64,000 nt of DNA, from NCBI GenBank assembly GCA_965231215.1, contig OZ246423.1:1024001-1088000 (forward strand), written 5' to 3'. Made by a program: the position numbers and the translations under genes. Source of the DNA: Candidatus Altimarinota bacterium. Lineage in GTDB: Bacteria; Patescibacteriota; Gracilibacteria; UBA4473. Numbering within the stretch: the stretch's first letter is position 1; every line of letters starts with the position of its first letter. The notes under the pieces are model-generated. The model was given only the letters and a program-made list of their open reading frames with translations. It had not been told where the DNA came from and made no database searches. This document shows positions 48,929 through 59,139 of this stretch, one piece after another.

Positions 48929-51052
48929 CTAACTTTCATTGTAAGGAAGCGTAAACTTAAACGAAGAACCTGAGTTAACCTTGCCTTCACTTTTGATCCA
49001 GATTGTGCCACCAAATTTTTCAATAATTTGTTTTACAATATTGAGTCCCAAGCCACTTCCAGAGTAAGACTTTTGGAGGGGATTTTCAGCTTGTTGAAAC
49101 TTGTTGAAAATGTACTCTTGTTTGTCTTTAGGAATACCAATACCATCGTCTGTAATTTCTATGAGAATATTTTCTTTGTTTTTATAGCCAATTTTGACCT
49201 CAATATGTCCGTTCTCTGGCGTAAATTTGTAAGCGTTTCCAAGGAGATTAGAAAATACCATATAGAGTTTTTCTGGATCTATATGGACAGTGGGATTTAT
49301 TTTTTTGGTATTTTTTAGAGTCAGAGTTATGTTTTTCTTTTTACAGATGACTTTAAATTCTTTAATTGTAGATTTTAGAAAAGAGGTGAGCTTTATATTT
49401 TCTGAATTAAACTCCATCTTTCCTGATTCAAGCTTGCTAATATCCAGCATCTTATTTACCAGCTGTATGAGATCATTGGTACTATTAAAGATTCGCTGAA
49501 CAAATTCTGTTTGTTTAGTATTGAGTTTTCCATAATCTCCGGAGAGTAGAAAGTCAGTATAGCCTTTAATAATGCTCATGGGGGTTCTCAACTCATGTGA
49601 AGCAATAGAGAGAAAATCATCTTTAAGATGATCTAGTTCTCTAAGTCGGTCGTAGGATTTGGTGAGTTGAATATTGGTCTTTTGGAGGGCTTCGGTTTTT
49701 TCTTGAACCTCATCCGTGAGTTTTTGGTTGTAGTAGATCACAGACAGGGAAAGAGAGATGTAATTGGCAGCCTTTTCCAGGGCTTCAATTTCTCGAGCAA
49801 AATAGGGATTTTCATACGGCTTTTTCCCCAAAACAAAAAACCCAAAGAGCTTTTTTTTATTTTTACAAAGCGGGATGCAGACCTCACCTAAATCTTTTAA
49901 TTCATGGTAAAAAGGGGGAGCAATACTGGAGTCTTCGGCTTTTATTTCTACCTCTTCAAATACCAAAGGCGCCTTGTTTTTTTGGAAGTAGGCACATAGG
50001 TGTTTGTAATTTTTTCTATCTTTTTCCGGAATAAGTATCAGGTTGGCTTTGCTTATATTTAGTTCTTTCCTGAAGGTATGATTTATAGCTTTTTTAAGAG
50101 GGCTAATTTGAGAATGGAAACTCTGTTGATTGATGAATTTTTGGATTTCCTCTGCAAAATGTTTGGTATTAGAAAGTCTGAGTAGTTTTTCAAAAAACGA
50201 TACCTTTATAATAGAGGTAAAAAAGTTATAAAAAAGGATCGCCGTTGTGAGGAAGATGATGTCACTTCTAATGCCCAGTTCCATGTGAGCTTGTTCATTT
50301 ACATAAAAGAAAACAAGATAGGTACAAGCTAGAGCCAAGAAAAACGAAATAACTTTTTGTAAAAAATCTAAAATAATCCTCTGATATTCAAAGAACCTAA
50401 ACCGTATGACGACGTAAGCAAAGAGGATCATCTGACCAGAAGCCAGGACATTCAGAGTGGGAACAATATTAATATCGTAGAACAAAAAGAAATTAGTAGA
50501 TCCAAAACCGAATGTAAGCACATCCCCAATAAGCACATAAGCAATCTGTCTCTGCCTGATCCCGGTGTGTTTAGAATAGTTTTGAGCCAGTACTATCAGT
50601 GATAGTAGAATATAGCCCATCCATATAGCCAACCAGAAGTGATAGAGAATTCCAGTATTAGCCCAGTATCCAAAATCAAATTTAAAGACCACCTCTTCAA
50701 TAAATAAAGTAGTGGGGACTGTGCAGACAAAGCAAAGGTTTATGAGGTATCCAAAACGGATATAGTATTTGTATTGCTCTTGAATTTTTAGCAGACACGC
50801 CACAAAGTGGAAGTGCGCTACAGCTATAAAAATAGCTCCAATATGCAGCATTCGAAAGGAAAGTTCGGATAAATTTTTGTCATAAGGAACCGCCGGGAAA
50901 AAATACATAGCTGCCCACAGAGACATAAAAAAGCAGAATATGGCAAAGGTTCTGTTGATCGGGTTTTGTGGATCTCGGCTATAAGTAAAAATCCCAGAGA
51001 TGATTCCCACAATAGTGTTGAAGATAGTCCCAAGTAGTAAAAACGAATACAT
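48929..51052 (-). CDS. Sensor histidine kinase, N-terminal 7TM-type domain, GAF-like region, HisKA-HATPase
   Basis: Hydrophobic N-terminal ~280 aa; ASHELRTP, NLLGNAYKFT, DDGIGIP and GSGLGL. Confidence 0.93.
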   Translation of the reverse strand: MYSFLLLGTIFNTIVGIISGIFTYSRDPQNPINRTFAIFCFFMSLWAAMYFFPAVPYDKNLSELSFRMLHIGAIFIAVAHFHFVACLLKIQEQYKYYIRFGYLINLCFVCTVPTTLFIEEVVFKFDFGYWANTGILYHFWLAIWMGYILLSLIVLAQNYSKHTGIRQRQIAYVLIGDVLTFGFGSTNFFLFYDINIVPTLNVLASGQMILFAYVVIRFRFFEYQRIILDFLQKVISFFLALACTYLVFFYVNEQAHMELGIRSDIIFLTTAILFYNFFTSIIKVSFFEKLLRLSNTKHFAEEIQKFINQQSFHSQISPLKKAINHTFRKELNISKANLILIPEKDRKNYKHLCAYFQKNKAPLVFEEVEIKAEDSSIAPPFYHELKDLGEVCIPLCKNKKKLFGFFVLGKKPYENPYFAREIEALEKAANYISLSLSVIYYNQKLTDEVQEKTEALQKTNIQLTKSYDRLRELDHLKDDFLSIASHELRTPMSIIKGYTDFLLSGDYGKLNTKQTEFVQRIFNSTNDLIQLVNKMLDISKLESGKMEFNSENIKLTSFLKSTIKEFKVICKKKNITLTLKNTKKINPTVHIDPEKLYMVFSNLLGNAYKFTPENGHIEVKIGYKNKENILIEITDDGIGIPKDKQEYIFNKFQQAENPLQKSYSGSGLGLNIVKQIIEKFGGTIWIKSEGKVNSGSSFKFTLPYNES

Positions 51053-51133
51053 CGAACTTCATTTTAGCGTCAGTTTCAATTTTGTTCTACGTAAATTTCC
51101 CTTTTCCTAGATTGCCTTAACTTAAATTTAATA

Positions 51134-52573
51134 TTACTTGTGGGCGGTGATTATTAATTGAGGTCCATTAGCACTTATACGCTTTATGTTTACTTTAGAG
51201 GCGGGAATCTCAGCTTCTTCGCAGAGACGGAACATATCGGTCTCATTTCTTCGGAAAAGGTACCAGTTGGTTATTCTTAAAAAAGCGGCTTCATTATGGT
51301 CAGTATTGAATTGTCCGATTCTAAAACTTCCACTAGGTTTGAGCATTCTATAAAAATGTTTTAGAGCCTTAGCTGTAAATTTATCATCAAAATAATCGAG
51401 CAAACCTACCGTAAGGATTTCGTCGTAATTGGCGGTAGTTTTCCGGTTTCCGATTTCGCGAATAATGTTACACTCTTCTATTCTGAAATTGGGGTGTTGT
51501 GCGAGCCTGTTTTGAGCGAAACCTACGGCGTCAGGATCCCCATCTACAGATCGCCAATCAAGGTGTTCAGGGTTAAGGTTTGCTATTTGCATTTGTTTGA
51601 TAAGGTCGGCTTCAAGCCTGGCTGGGCCACTAGCAAAATTAAGTACTTTTAGCGGTTTTTCTTGGGCAAGCTCAACGGCTCTATCCCTAAGGAGATCATC
51701 AATAATGGTATATCTTCGCTGGGCTACATCTTCGGCAGAAGTGGTAGAAAGTAAGGTTTGGTTCCAATTTTTGACCCTGTAATCCCCAGCAATGTCTTGT
51801 TCGTCTGATATTTGAAAGTTATAAATAGCCTCCATCATATCAAAGGTTCCGGCATATCCTCGAGGGCGCCAAAGACTTTGTCCCATCAGACTCATGGGGG
51901 AGAAGGCCATCCCGAATTCAGCAATAATCTGCATGAATTGGTCTGGACATAATTGGCGGGCTTCAATAGTCGCTTCTATGCCCTGACAGAGTTTTAAAAA
52001 TTCTTCTTGTTGGGCTTTATCTTGCGGGCCTCCTTGGTCCACTAGTTTTTTTATTCGTGCCAGGATTTTAGTGAATATTTCTTTATTGAGTCCCTCTGTG
52101 TTTGGAGTCTCAAAGAGTGGAGGAGCATGCCTATTTGTAAAAAGCATATCCTCTAAAATTTTAGTTCTCCGAATAATTTCTGAAGTAAACCCAGGAATAT
52201 TTAAAGCGGCTGCAAAAATGCTCCGCATATTTGACGGGACTTGAGTTAAAAGAGCTTGAGGATTTATTTGGTTATCCCCTACGAGCCATTGATCCTTGGC
52301 CTGAGGATGAAGTAAGCCTACAAATACTTTATAGATACCAGGGGTATTACTAATAAAAAGAATTTCTTCTGGAATGCGGCAAGATTGTGTTTGATGCCAG
52401 AGCTCATGGTTGGTTGAAGGGGTGAGGCAATAACTAATTTGTCCATTGATATGAGCTTCCAGATTTACCAAAGGGATAGGGGGTTTGGGTAATCCAAAAT
52501 TTTGGCCTAAGACAACAGGTACTTCATCTAAATCACTGCCAGGCTCTAGGTTTTTTTTTGTGAGAGAGTTCAC
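51134..52573 (-). CDS. Class I SAM-dependent methyltransferase, PhcB-like
   Basis: RPRGYAGTFDMM...Y, VLNFASGPA, VDGDPDA, YDEILTVGLLDYF, LKPSG and WYLFRR; GTG start. Confidence 0.72.
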   Translation of the reverse strand: MNSLTKKNLEPGSDLDEVPVVLGQNFGLPKPPIPLVNLEAHINGQISYCLTPSTNHELWHQTQSCRIPEEILFISNTPGIYKVFVGLLHPQAKDQWLVGDNQINPQALLTQVPSNMRSIFAAALNIPGFTSEIIRRTKILEDMLFTNRHAPPLFETPNTEGLNKEIFTKILARIKKLVDQGGPQDKAQQEEFLKLCQGIEATIEARQLCPDQFMQIIAEFGMAFSPMSLMGQSLWRPRGYAGTFDMMEAIYNFQISDEQDIAGDYRVKNWNQTLLSTTSAEDVAQRRYTIIDDLLRDRAVELAQEKPLKVLNFASGPARLEADLIKQMQIANLNPEHLDWRSVDGDPDAVGFAQNRLAQHPNFRIEECNIIREIGNRKTTANYDEILTVGLLDYFDDKFTAKALKHFYRMLKPSGSFRIGQFNTDHNEAAFLRITNWYLFRRNETDMFRLCEEAEIPASKVNIKRISANGPQLIITAHK

Positions 52574-52703
52574 GAAGTTTTGTTTTTAATTTTTTTAAAT
52601 AAAGCACACTTACGAGTTGCCGTGAAATAAGTATTTTCATTAAAGTTTCATGAGAAGTAGGGAATTATTTGGGGCCCTGTAAAAAATTAATACAATCAAT
52701 CTG

Positions 52704-54035
52704 ATGACAAAATTTAATATCAAAACCCCGAGCGGATTCCCTGAATTTCCACCTCAAGTCGAACCAGTGCGCCAAAAGTGGATTGAGATTATTACTCGTA
52801 CTTTCCACAATCATGGATTTATTTTTATCACTACTCCGTTAGTGGAGCGAGAAGAAAATCTTTTGGGGAAAGGAGGGAATGCTAAAGAAATGTATGTACT
52901 AAAACGTCTTTTAGATGAAGATGGAGAGAGTTCGCATTCAGGCAATGCTTTACGGTTTGATCAAACAGTGCCTCTAGCCTTATACGTAGCACGACATCAA
53001 AATGATTTGAGTTTTCCGTTTCGGAGGGCCGTTGTCGGGCCTGTGTTTCGTGGCGAGAGAGCTCAAAAAGGCCGTTTCCGACAGTTTGACCAATGTGACA
53101 TTGATGTCATTGGGAACGGGGAACTTTCGCTTTTAAATGACGCGCAGATTCCAGCAATCATTATTGAAATCTTTAAGCAGCTTAATGTGGGGGATTTTGT
53201 GGTACGGATTAATAACCGAAAAATTCTAACAGGGCTTTTTCAGTCTTTAGGCATTCCTGAAGCTGATATGAAAAAAACACTCGATATTGTAGATGATTTA
53301 GAAAAACTCCCGAGAGAAGAAATTCTAGAATCCTTTACCGCCAATGGATTAAGCCACAGACAAGTAGATACAATTTTAGAATTTGTATCTACCGATCATC
53401 ATGATTTTGAAGCTTTAAAAAACGTATGTGACCAGGCCGTTTTTCAGGAAGGAGTAAAGGAGCTACAGCAAGTTATAGAAGCTCTAGAAGCTATGGGAGT
53501 AGACGCAAACTATTACACGATTGATACGGCTATTGCTCGAGGTTTGGATTACTATACAGGGACAGTTTATGAGACTAATATTAAAGATCATCCAGCCTTT
53601 GGCTCTGTTTGTAGTGGAGGACGTTATGATGATCTGGCGGCCATTTTTACTGGAGGGAAGCGTTTTCCAGGAGTAGGCATTTCTATCGGTTTAACGCGTC
53701 TTTTTGCTCAGTGTTTGGAAGCGGGACTCCTTCCAGCATTACCCGTTTCCCCAACACAGGTTTTGCTAATTTCAGTCGATGATAAAGCGCTTCCTCAATT
53801 ATTAGAATTAGGAGCTGAACTAAGAGCCTCTGGCATAGTAGCTGAAAACTACTTAGAAGATAAAAAATTAGCAAAGAAGTTTGATTATGCCGACAAACTC
53901 GGGATTCCCTACTGCCTGGTTATGGGGGAAAACGAAATGGCAAAAAATAAGGTTCAACTTAAAGATATGCAAACGGGTCAAAGTGAGGCAGTGTCTTTAG
54001 ATGAAATCGTAAATGTCTTAGCCTCAAAATTATGA
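52704..54035 (+). CDS. hisS: Histidine--tRNA ligase
   Basis: ALRFDQTVPLA, FRGERAQKGRFRQFDQCDID, ARGLDYYTG, SGGRYD and GISIGLTR. Confidence 0.97.
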   Translation: MTKFNIKTPSGFPEFPPQVEPVRQKWIEIITRTFHNHGFIFITTPLVEREENLLGKGGNAKEMYVLKRLLDEDGESSHSGNALRFDQTVPLALYVARHQNDLSFPFRRAVVGPVFRGERAQKGRFRQFDQCDIDVIGNGELSLLNDAQIPAIIIEIFKQLNVGDFVVRINNRKILTGLFQSLGIPEADMKKTLDIVDDLEKLPREEILESFTANGLSHRQVDTILEFVSTDHHDFEALKNVCDQAVFQEGVKELQQVIEALEAMGVDANYYTIDTAIARGLDYYTGTVYETNIKDHPAFGSVCSGGRYDDLAAIFTGGKRFPGVGISIGLTRLFAQCLEAGLLPALPVSPTQVLLISVDDKALPQLLELGAELRASGIVAENYLEDKKLAKKFDYADKLGIPYCLVMGENEMAKNKVQLKDMQTGQSEAVSLDEIVNVLASKL

Positions 54036-55423
54036 AAAATTACGATCTAATTATTATTGGAACCGGTGGTGGAACTAAACTCCGACCAGCCGCAGACTTG
54101 GGACGTAAAGTCGCCATTATTGAAAAAGAAGCCCTTGGTGGAACGTGCCTTAATAGAGGATGTATTCCTTCAAAGATGCTTATCTATCCAGCTGATTTGG
54201 TAACTCATTGGAAAGAAGATCATGCCAAATTTGAGATCAAAACTGACCCCCGCTTTGAACTAAATTTTGAGAAACTTACGACGCGCACGACCGAAACCGT
54301 AACAAAAGATTCAGAAAGCATTAAGCCGGGCTATGAGCGTCATCCAAACATTGATCTCTACCAAGGTCATGCGCGCTTTGTAGATAACAAAGTGATTGAG
54401 GTGAATGGAGAACAACTCACCGCTGAAAAAATTTATATAGCTACGGGAACCCGCCCACAAATCCCCAATATTCCAGGACTGGAAGGCACGCCCTATTTCA
54501 CCAGTACAGAAGCTTTAAGGAATAAAACCCAACCCCAAAAGATGATCGTCATTGGTGGTGGGTATATTGCGGTAGAGCTAGGACATTTTTATGGAGCCAT
54601 GGGAACTGACGTCCATTTTTTGGTTCGAAGTTCAATGGTTAAAGCTGAAGATAAAGATATTCGTCAAATATTTGAACAAGATTTTAGTTCAAGATACAAC
54701 GTCCATTTTGGTCTAAGGCCGACCAAAGTTGAATACAAAAACAACACCTTTTGTGTAACGACTAAAAATAAAACAGGGGACACAGAAGTAATGGAAGCCG
54801 ATTCGCTTTTTGTAGCCACTGGTGTGGTGCCAAATACCGATGATTTAGGTCTGGAGCATACCAATGTAAACTTAAATAATGAAGGCTGGGTACAGGTAAA
54901 TGACTATCTGGAAACCGATGAGCCAGGCGTCTATGCGCTTGGGGATATCCTGGGACGATACCTTTTCCGACACAGTGTGAACTTTGAAGGGGAGTACCTA
55001 TTTGCTCAACATTATTGCCATATTGGGGAAGGGCCTATCAAATACCCACCCATGCCTCATGCGATTTTTTCTTATCCACAAATTGCCGGTGTTGGAGTAA
55101 CTGAAGATGCGCTACTTGCGGAGGGAAAAGTAGAAGGGACCGATTACGTTGTAGGTATAAATCACTATAAAAATTCAGCTATGGGAATGGCTATGCGGCC
55201 AGAAGTAGGCATGGTGAAATTGATTGCTGATAAGCGATCTCGGAAGCTTATTGGAGCTCATATTATCGGCGAAAAATCTTCAGACATCATTCATATGTTG
55301 ATTGCCTATATGACCATGGAGGCCATGGTGGATCAATTACTGGAAATGATTTATATTCACCCAGCCTTATCTGAAAATATTCGGAACGCTGCCCGAAAGT
55401 TAATTATAGCTCTTAGTAAATAA
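54032..55423 (+). CDS. Flavoprotein disulfide reductase (dihydrolipoyl dehydrogenase / mycothione reductase-like)
   Basis: GGTCLNRGCIPSK, VIGGGYIAVE and HPALSE. Confidence 0.88.
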   Translation: MKNYDLIIIGTGGGTKLRPAADLGRKVAIIEKEALGGTCLNRGCIPSKMLIYPADLVTHWKEDHAKFEIKTDPRFELNFEKLTTRTTETVTKDSESIKPGYERHPNIDLYQGHARFVDNKVIEVNGEQLTAEKIYIATGTRPQIPNIPGLEGTPYFTSTEALRNKTQPQKMIVIGGGYIAVELGHFYGAMGTDVHFLVRSSMVKAEDKDIRQIFEQDFSSRYNVHFGLRPTKVEYKNNTFCVTTKNKTGDTEVMEADSLFVATGVVPNTDDLGLEHTNVNLNNEGWVQVNDYLETDEPGVYALGDILGRYLFRHSVNFEGEYLFAQHYCHIGEGPIKYPPMPHAIFSYPQIAGVGVTEDALLAEGKVEGTDYVVGINHYKNSAMGMAMRPEVGMVKLIADKRSRKLIGAHIIGEKSSDIIHMLIAYMTMEAMVDQLLEMIYIHPALSENIRNAARKLIIALSK

Positions 55424-55442
55424 TTTTAGATAAATTTTGAAT

Positions 55443-56084
55443 ATGAAATTTGCGCCATTACTCATTTTGATTTTAGGCCTTATCCTTGTTGGCTGTGGGG
55501 GCCCAGAGATTGCTGAGGATCGTCCCAAAACTGGAAAAATTGTAGCGTTGGGGGATAGCAATACAGAAGGGTATGGGGTAGAAGAATCAGAAACCTATGT
55601 GAGTTTGCTCAATAAAAAACTCCAAGAGGAAGGTTACACCGAATATGAAGTGATTAACCTGGGTGTTAGTGGTGATAAAACCAGCGATGGACTCAAACGG
55701 GTAGGGGCTGTGCTCGAACAAGATCCGGAAATTGTGATGGTAGCCCTTGGGGGAAATGACTTTTTACGAGGACAACCTATGGCAAAAGTACAACAAAACC
55801 TCAGAGACATTATCATTGCTGTACGGGCCCAAAAAGCAGACGCTCTTTTGGTCGGTGTTATCGCTCCTCCTACTAGAGGTTTGGGATATATGGGGAGTGC
55901 CAAAGATATGTATAAAGCGGTCGCCAAAGAATTTGAAATCCCACTTTTCCCTAATATTCTTAAAGGCATTAGCCTAGATCAACGGTATATGCAGTCAGAC
56001 AAAATTCATGCCAACCCTAAAGGACATGAGGTGATTGCCGAAAACATGTGGGAGTATCTGCAGCCTCTGTTAAGAGAAAATTAA
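55443..56084 (+). CDS. SGNH/GDSL arylesterase lipoprotein (TesA-like)
   Basis: Lipobox LVGC; ALGDSNTEG, GVSGD, LGGND and DKIHAN. Confidence 0.9.
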   Translation: MKFAPLLILILGLILVGCGGPEIAEDRPKTGKIVALGDSNTEGYGVEESETYVSLLNKKLQEEGYTEYEVINLGVSGDKTSDGLKRVGAVLEQDPEIVMVALGGNDFLRGQPMAKVQQNLRDIIIAVRAQKADALLVGVIAPPTRGLGYMGSAKDMYKAVAKEFEIPLFPNILKGISLDQRYMQSDKIHANPKGHEVIAENMWEYLQPLLREN

Positions 56085-56172
56085 ATTTAGGTAGCTGAAG
56101 TTACGTTCACTATTTCTTTTTATGAATCGGTTCTGTTACACTTGAGATGCACATTTTTTAACTTACTTTTTC

Positions 56173-56829
56173 ATGCAATTTTTCTTAGATACCGCTGACC
56201 TCGACGATATTAAAAAATACGCCGCTTGGGGCATCGTAGACGGTGTTACCACCAATCCTTCACTTATTGCTAAAGAAGGAGTAGATCTCGAAACCCGTAT
56301 TAAAGAAATTGCGGAAGTAGTAGATGGCCCAATTTCTGCAGAAGTAGTAAGTGAAGACGCGGAAGGGATGATCCAGGAAGGCCGACGAGCTGCCAAATGG
56401 CATAAAAATATTTTTGTAAAAGTCCCAATGACTTCTGAAGGACTCAAAGCGGTTAAAGTTTTTTCTGCCGAAGGAATTCGTACAAATGTAACCCTTGTTT
56501 TTTCAGTTTCTCAGGCGGTAATGGCAGCTAAAGCTGGAGCCACGTTAATCTCGCCGTTTGTCGGAAGACTCGACGATATTTCAGAAGAGGGGATGCAACT
56601 TATTGCTGATATTCGGCAAGTATTTGATAATTATGGATTTGAAACATTGATTTTGTCGGCGTCTATTCGTCATCCAAAACATGTAGTAGATTCTCTGTTG
56701 ATTGGAGCTGATATTGCTACTATGCCTCCCAGTATTTTTGATAAGTTAGTAAAACACCCACTCACCGATAAAGGGCTAGAGGCCTTCTTGGCTGACTGGG
56801 AAAAGGTGAAAGATATACAAAAAAATTAA
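56173..56829 (+). CDS. tal: Transaldolase (short TalC/FSA family)
   Basis: [14 protein letters not shown] and NVTLVFS; has the transaldolase-type Glu (ISAEV) and Phe (SPFVGR) rather than the FSA Gln/Tyr. Confidence 0.9.
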   Translation: MQFFLDTADLDDIKKYAAWGIVDGVTTNPSLIAKEGVDLETRIKEIAEVVDGPISAEVVSEDAEGMIQEGRRAAKWHKNIFVKVPMTSEGLKAVKVFSAEGIRTNVTLVFSVSQAVMAAKAGATLISPFVGRLDDISEEGMQLIADIRQVFDNYGFETLILSASIRHPKHVVDSLLIGADIATMPPSIFDKLVKHPLTDKGLEAFLADWEKVKDIQKN

Positions 56830-56840
56830 TAAAAACATCA

Positions 56841-58115
56841 ATGCTTAAAATCGACTTTAACAACTGTTATAAAATAGCTGAAGATCATGGTATGCCAAAA
56901 AGCACTTTTGCAGACCACAAAAATTATTTAACACCAAGCTTGCAGGGGATTGAAGCTCGGGATCAGGGATTTTATAAAGTAATCGATGACGAAAATATAT
57001 TAGATCAAATTCAGCACTACGCTGATTCAGTAGAGGGTAAATATTCAGATATCGTAGTTTGTGGGATTGGCGGGTCTTCATTGGGCCCCATCTGCCTAAG
57101 AGAGGCTTTTACCGATTTTTTTGCGGATCATAAACCCCGCCTTCATGTGTTGGAGAATATTGATCCAGATTTCCTCGGAGAAGCGGTAGATTACCTGGAT
57201 TTAGATCGAACACTTTTTTTGATCATTAGTAAGTCAGGAGGGACACCAGAAACAGTCGCTCAATATATGTTTTTTCGAAAACTTCTAGAAGATAAAGGAA
57301 GTAATATTCAAGATCATTTTGTATTCGTTACAGATCCAAGCCAAGAAGTAAGTCTGCTACGAACCATTGGCAACCAGGAAAATATCACAATGTTTGATAT
57401 TCCCCCAAGTGTAGGAGGGAGGTTTAGTGTACAGACGCCTGTAGGGTTACTGCCAGCCGCGCTAATAGGCATTGACATCAAAGACTTGATAGCCGGTATG
57501 CAGGATATGAGAGATTCTTTTTTGAATACAAATTTTGATCAAAATTTGCCTTTTCAGTTAGCGTGTACACAAACGGCTACTTACTTGAAAGGAAAACCAA
57601 TGAACATTCTGATGCCCTATCATACAAAACTTCGCCAGTTTGGAGCCTGGGCCGTACAGCTTGTGGCCGAATCTACAGGGAAAGTAGCGGCCGATGGAAA
57701 TCACGTTGGCATTACGCCTATTCCTTCACTGGGAGTTACCGATCAGCATTCTCAAGTGCAGCTTTTTGCTGAAGGGCCAAATGATAAGCTTATTATCTTT
57801 ATAGGGGTGGAAACCTTTAATTATTCACTCGACATTCCTGTGAGTGTAGACAGTCCTAAAACCAATTTTCTTGAAGGTAAAACTTTTAAAGATTTATTGC
57901 ATGCGGAGCAACAAGCTACAGCTCAAGCTCTGACAGAGGCTGACAGGCCTAATATTACTATTACCCTGCCTGAACTTTCTCCATACTATCTTGGGCAACT
58001 GTTTATGCTCTTTGAAGGAGCTACGGCTTTTTGGGGAGAGTTTTTCCAAATTGATGCGTTTAATCAACCAGGAGTAGAAAGAGGGAAGGTCTTGACCCGA
58101 GAGTTGCTGAGTTAA
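56841..58115 (+). CDS. pgi: Glucose-6-phosphate isomerase
   Basis: GIGGSSLG, SKSGGTPET, VGGRFSV, QLVAESTGK, DQHS and AFNQPGVERGK. Confidence 0.95.
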   Translation: MLKIDFNNCYKIAEDHGMPKSTFADHKNYLTPSLQGIEARDQGFYKVIDDENILDQIQHYADSVEGKYSDIVVCGIGGSSLGPICLREAFTDFFADHKPRLHVLENIDPDFLGEAVDYLDLDRTLFLIISKSGGTPETVAQYMFFRKLLEDKGSNIQDHFVFVTDPSQEVSLLRTIGNQENITMFDIPPSVGGRFSVQTPVGLLPAALIGIDIKDLIAGMQDMRDSFLNTNFDQNLPFQLACTQTATYLKGKPMNILMPYHTKLRQFGAWAVQLVAESTGKVAADGNHVGITPIPSLGVTDQHSQVQLFAEGPNDKLIIFIGVETFNYSLDIPVSVDSPKTNFLEGKTFKDLLHAEQQATAQALTEADRPNITITLPELSPYYLGQLFMLFEGATAFWGEFFQIDAFNQPGVERGKVLTRELLS

Positions 58116-58191
58116 AAATTTTAGCTCAAAGATTGTCGAATCAATCCCGCTCTAATTCAGCCGAAATGCGGGACATGCTAAAATATTTTTG

Positions 58192-59118
58192 ATGAAACTC
58201 CTCCAACATTTACTCTCTACCAACGCACCAGCTGACGTGCAAAATACGATTCTTTTTGCGGCTAAAGCCGGTGTAAAGATTTACCAAGCGCTGAAAGAAA
58301 AAGAGATCAATTATTCACATCATTGTAATACTTCGGGAGAAGTACAACTAAGCCATGACTTAATCGCCGACGACATCTTGAAGCAACAATTACAAGCATC
58401 AGATTCGGTAAGTTGTTTTGTTAGTGAAGAACGTGAAAGCGATGTGTGTTTTATTCAGCATCAGCAAGATAAGTTGCTCGTGGCTTTTGACCCCATAGAC
58501 GGAAGCTCTGTCGCTGGAGCGGGGTTAGCTGTAGGAACTAGCTTAGGGATCTATAGAGGAAAAAAATCATTCACTGAATGTGTAGGTCGTGATCAGGTAG
58601 CAGCGATGTATATGCTGTATGGTCCTAGAATTATCTTGGTCTATTCTGTGGGGGAAGGGGTGCATCTGTTTGGATACAAGGAAAAGGAACAGTACTTTGA
58701 ACTTCAGCAGTCAGATCTCTCGTTAGAAAATCAGGTAAAAGTCTGTGGTATTGGTTCCCTTCAAACCTCTTGTGAAATAAAAGGGTTCCCCGATCTTATA
58801 AACCACTGGCAGGTAAAAGGATTTGCTCAAAGGTATTCGGGAAGCATGGTCGCTGATATAAATGGTATTTTATATAGAGGTGGTGGAATTTTTGCTTATC
58901 CGTCTTCTAAACTGAGATTGCTTTACGAATGCAATCCATTTGCTTTTCTCATAGAGCAAGCGGGAGGAAAAGCCGTGAATATGTGTGGACAACACATTTT
59001 AGATTTACCAGTAAAGGCTATTGATGCGACTTCTCCAATCCTAATTGGGGCTAAAGAACCAGTAGAGGCGGCTGAAAAATTCTTACTTGATAATTGCTCT
59101 ATAAATGAGTACAATTAA
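58192..59118 (+). CDS. fbp: Class 1 fructose-1,6-bisphosphatase
   Basis: SEE, FDPIDGSS, LYGP, RYSGSMVAD and KLRLLYECNPFAFLIEQAGG. Confidence 0.88.
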   Translation: MKLLQHLLSTNAPADVQNTILFAAKAGVKIYQALKEKEINYSHHCNTSGEVQLSHDLIADDILKQQLQASDSVSCFVSEERESDVCFIQHQQDKLLVAFDPIDGSSVAGAGLAVGTSLGIYRGKKSFTECVGRDQVAAMYMLYGPRIILVYSVGEGVHLFGYKEKEQYFELQQSDLSLENQVKVCGIGSLQTSCEIKGFPDLINHWQVKGFAQRYSGSMVADINGILYRGGGIFAYPSSKLRLLYECNPFAFLIEQAGGKAVNMCGQHILDLPVKAIDATSPILIGAKEPVEAAEKFLLDNCSINEYN

Positions 59119-59139
59119 CAGAAATAAAAAAATAGAAAA

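Noticed and set aside
55443-56084. GDSL esterase as the signal-degrading enzyme of the PhcB-like cassette
   Set aside because: It is on the opposite strand, separated by hisS and the reductase, and TesA-like esterases are ubiquitous; no sequence evidence of a link.
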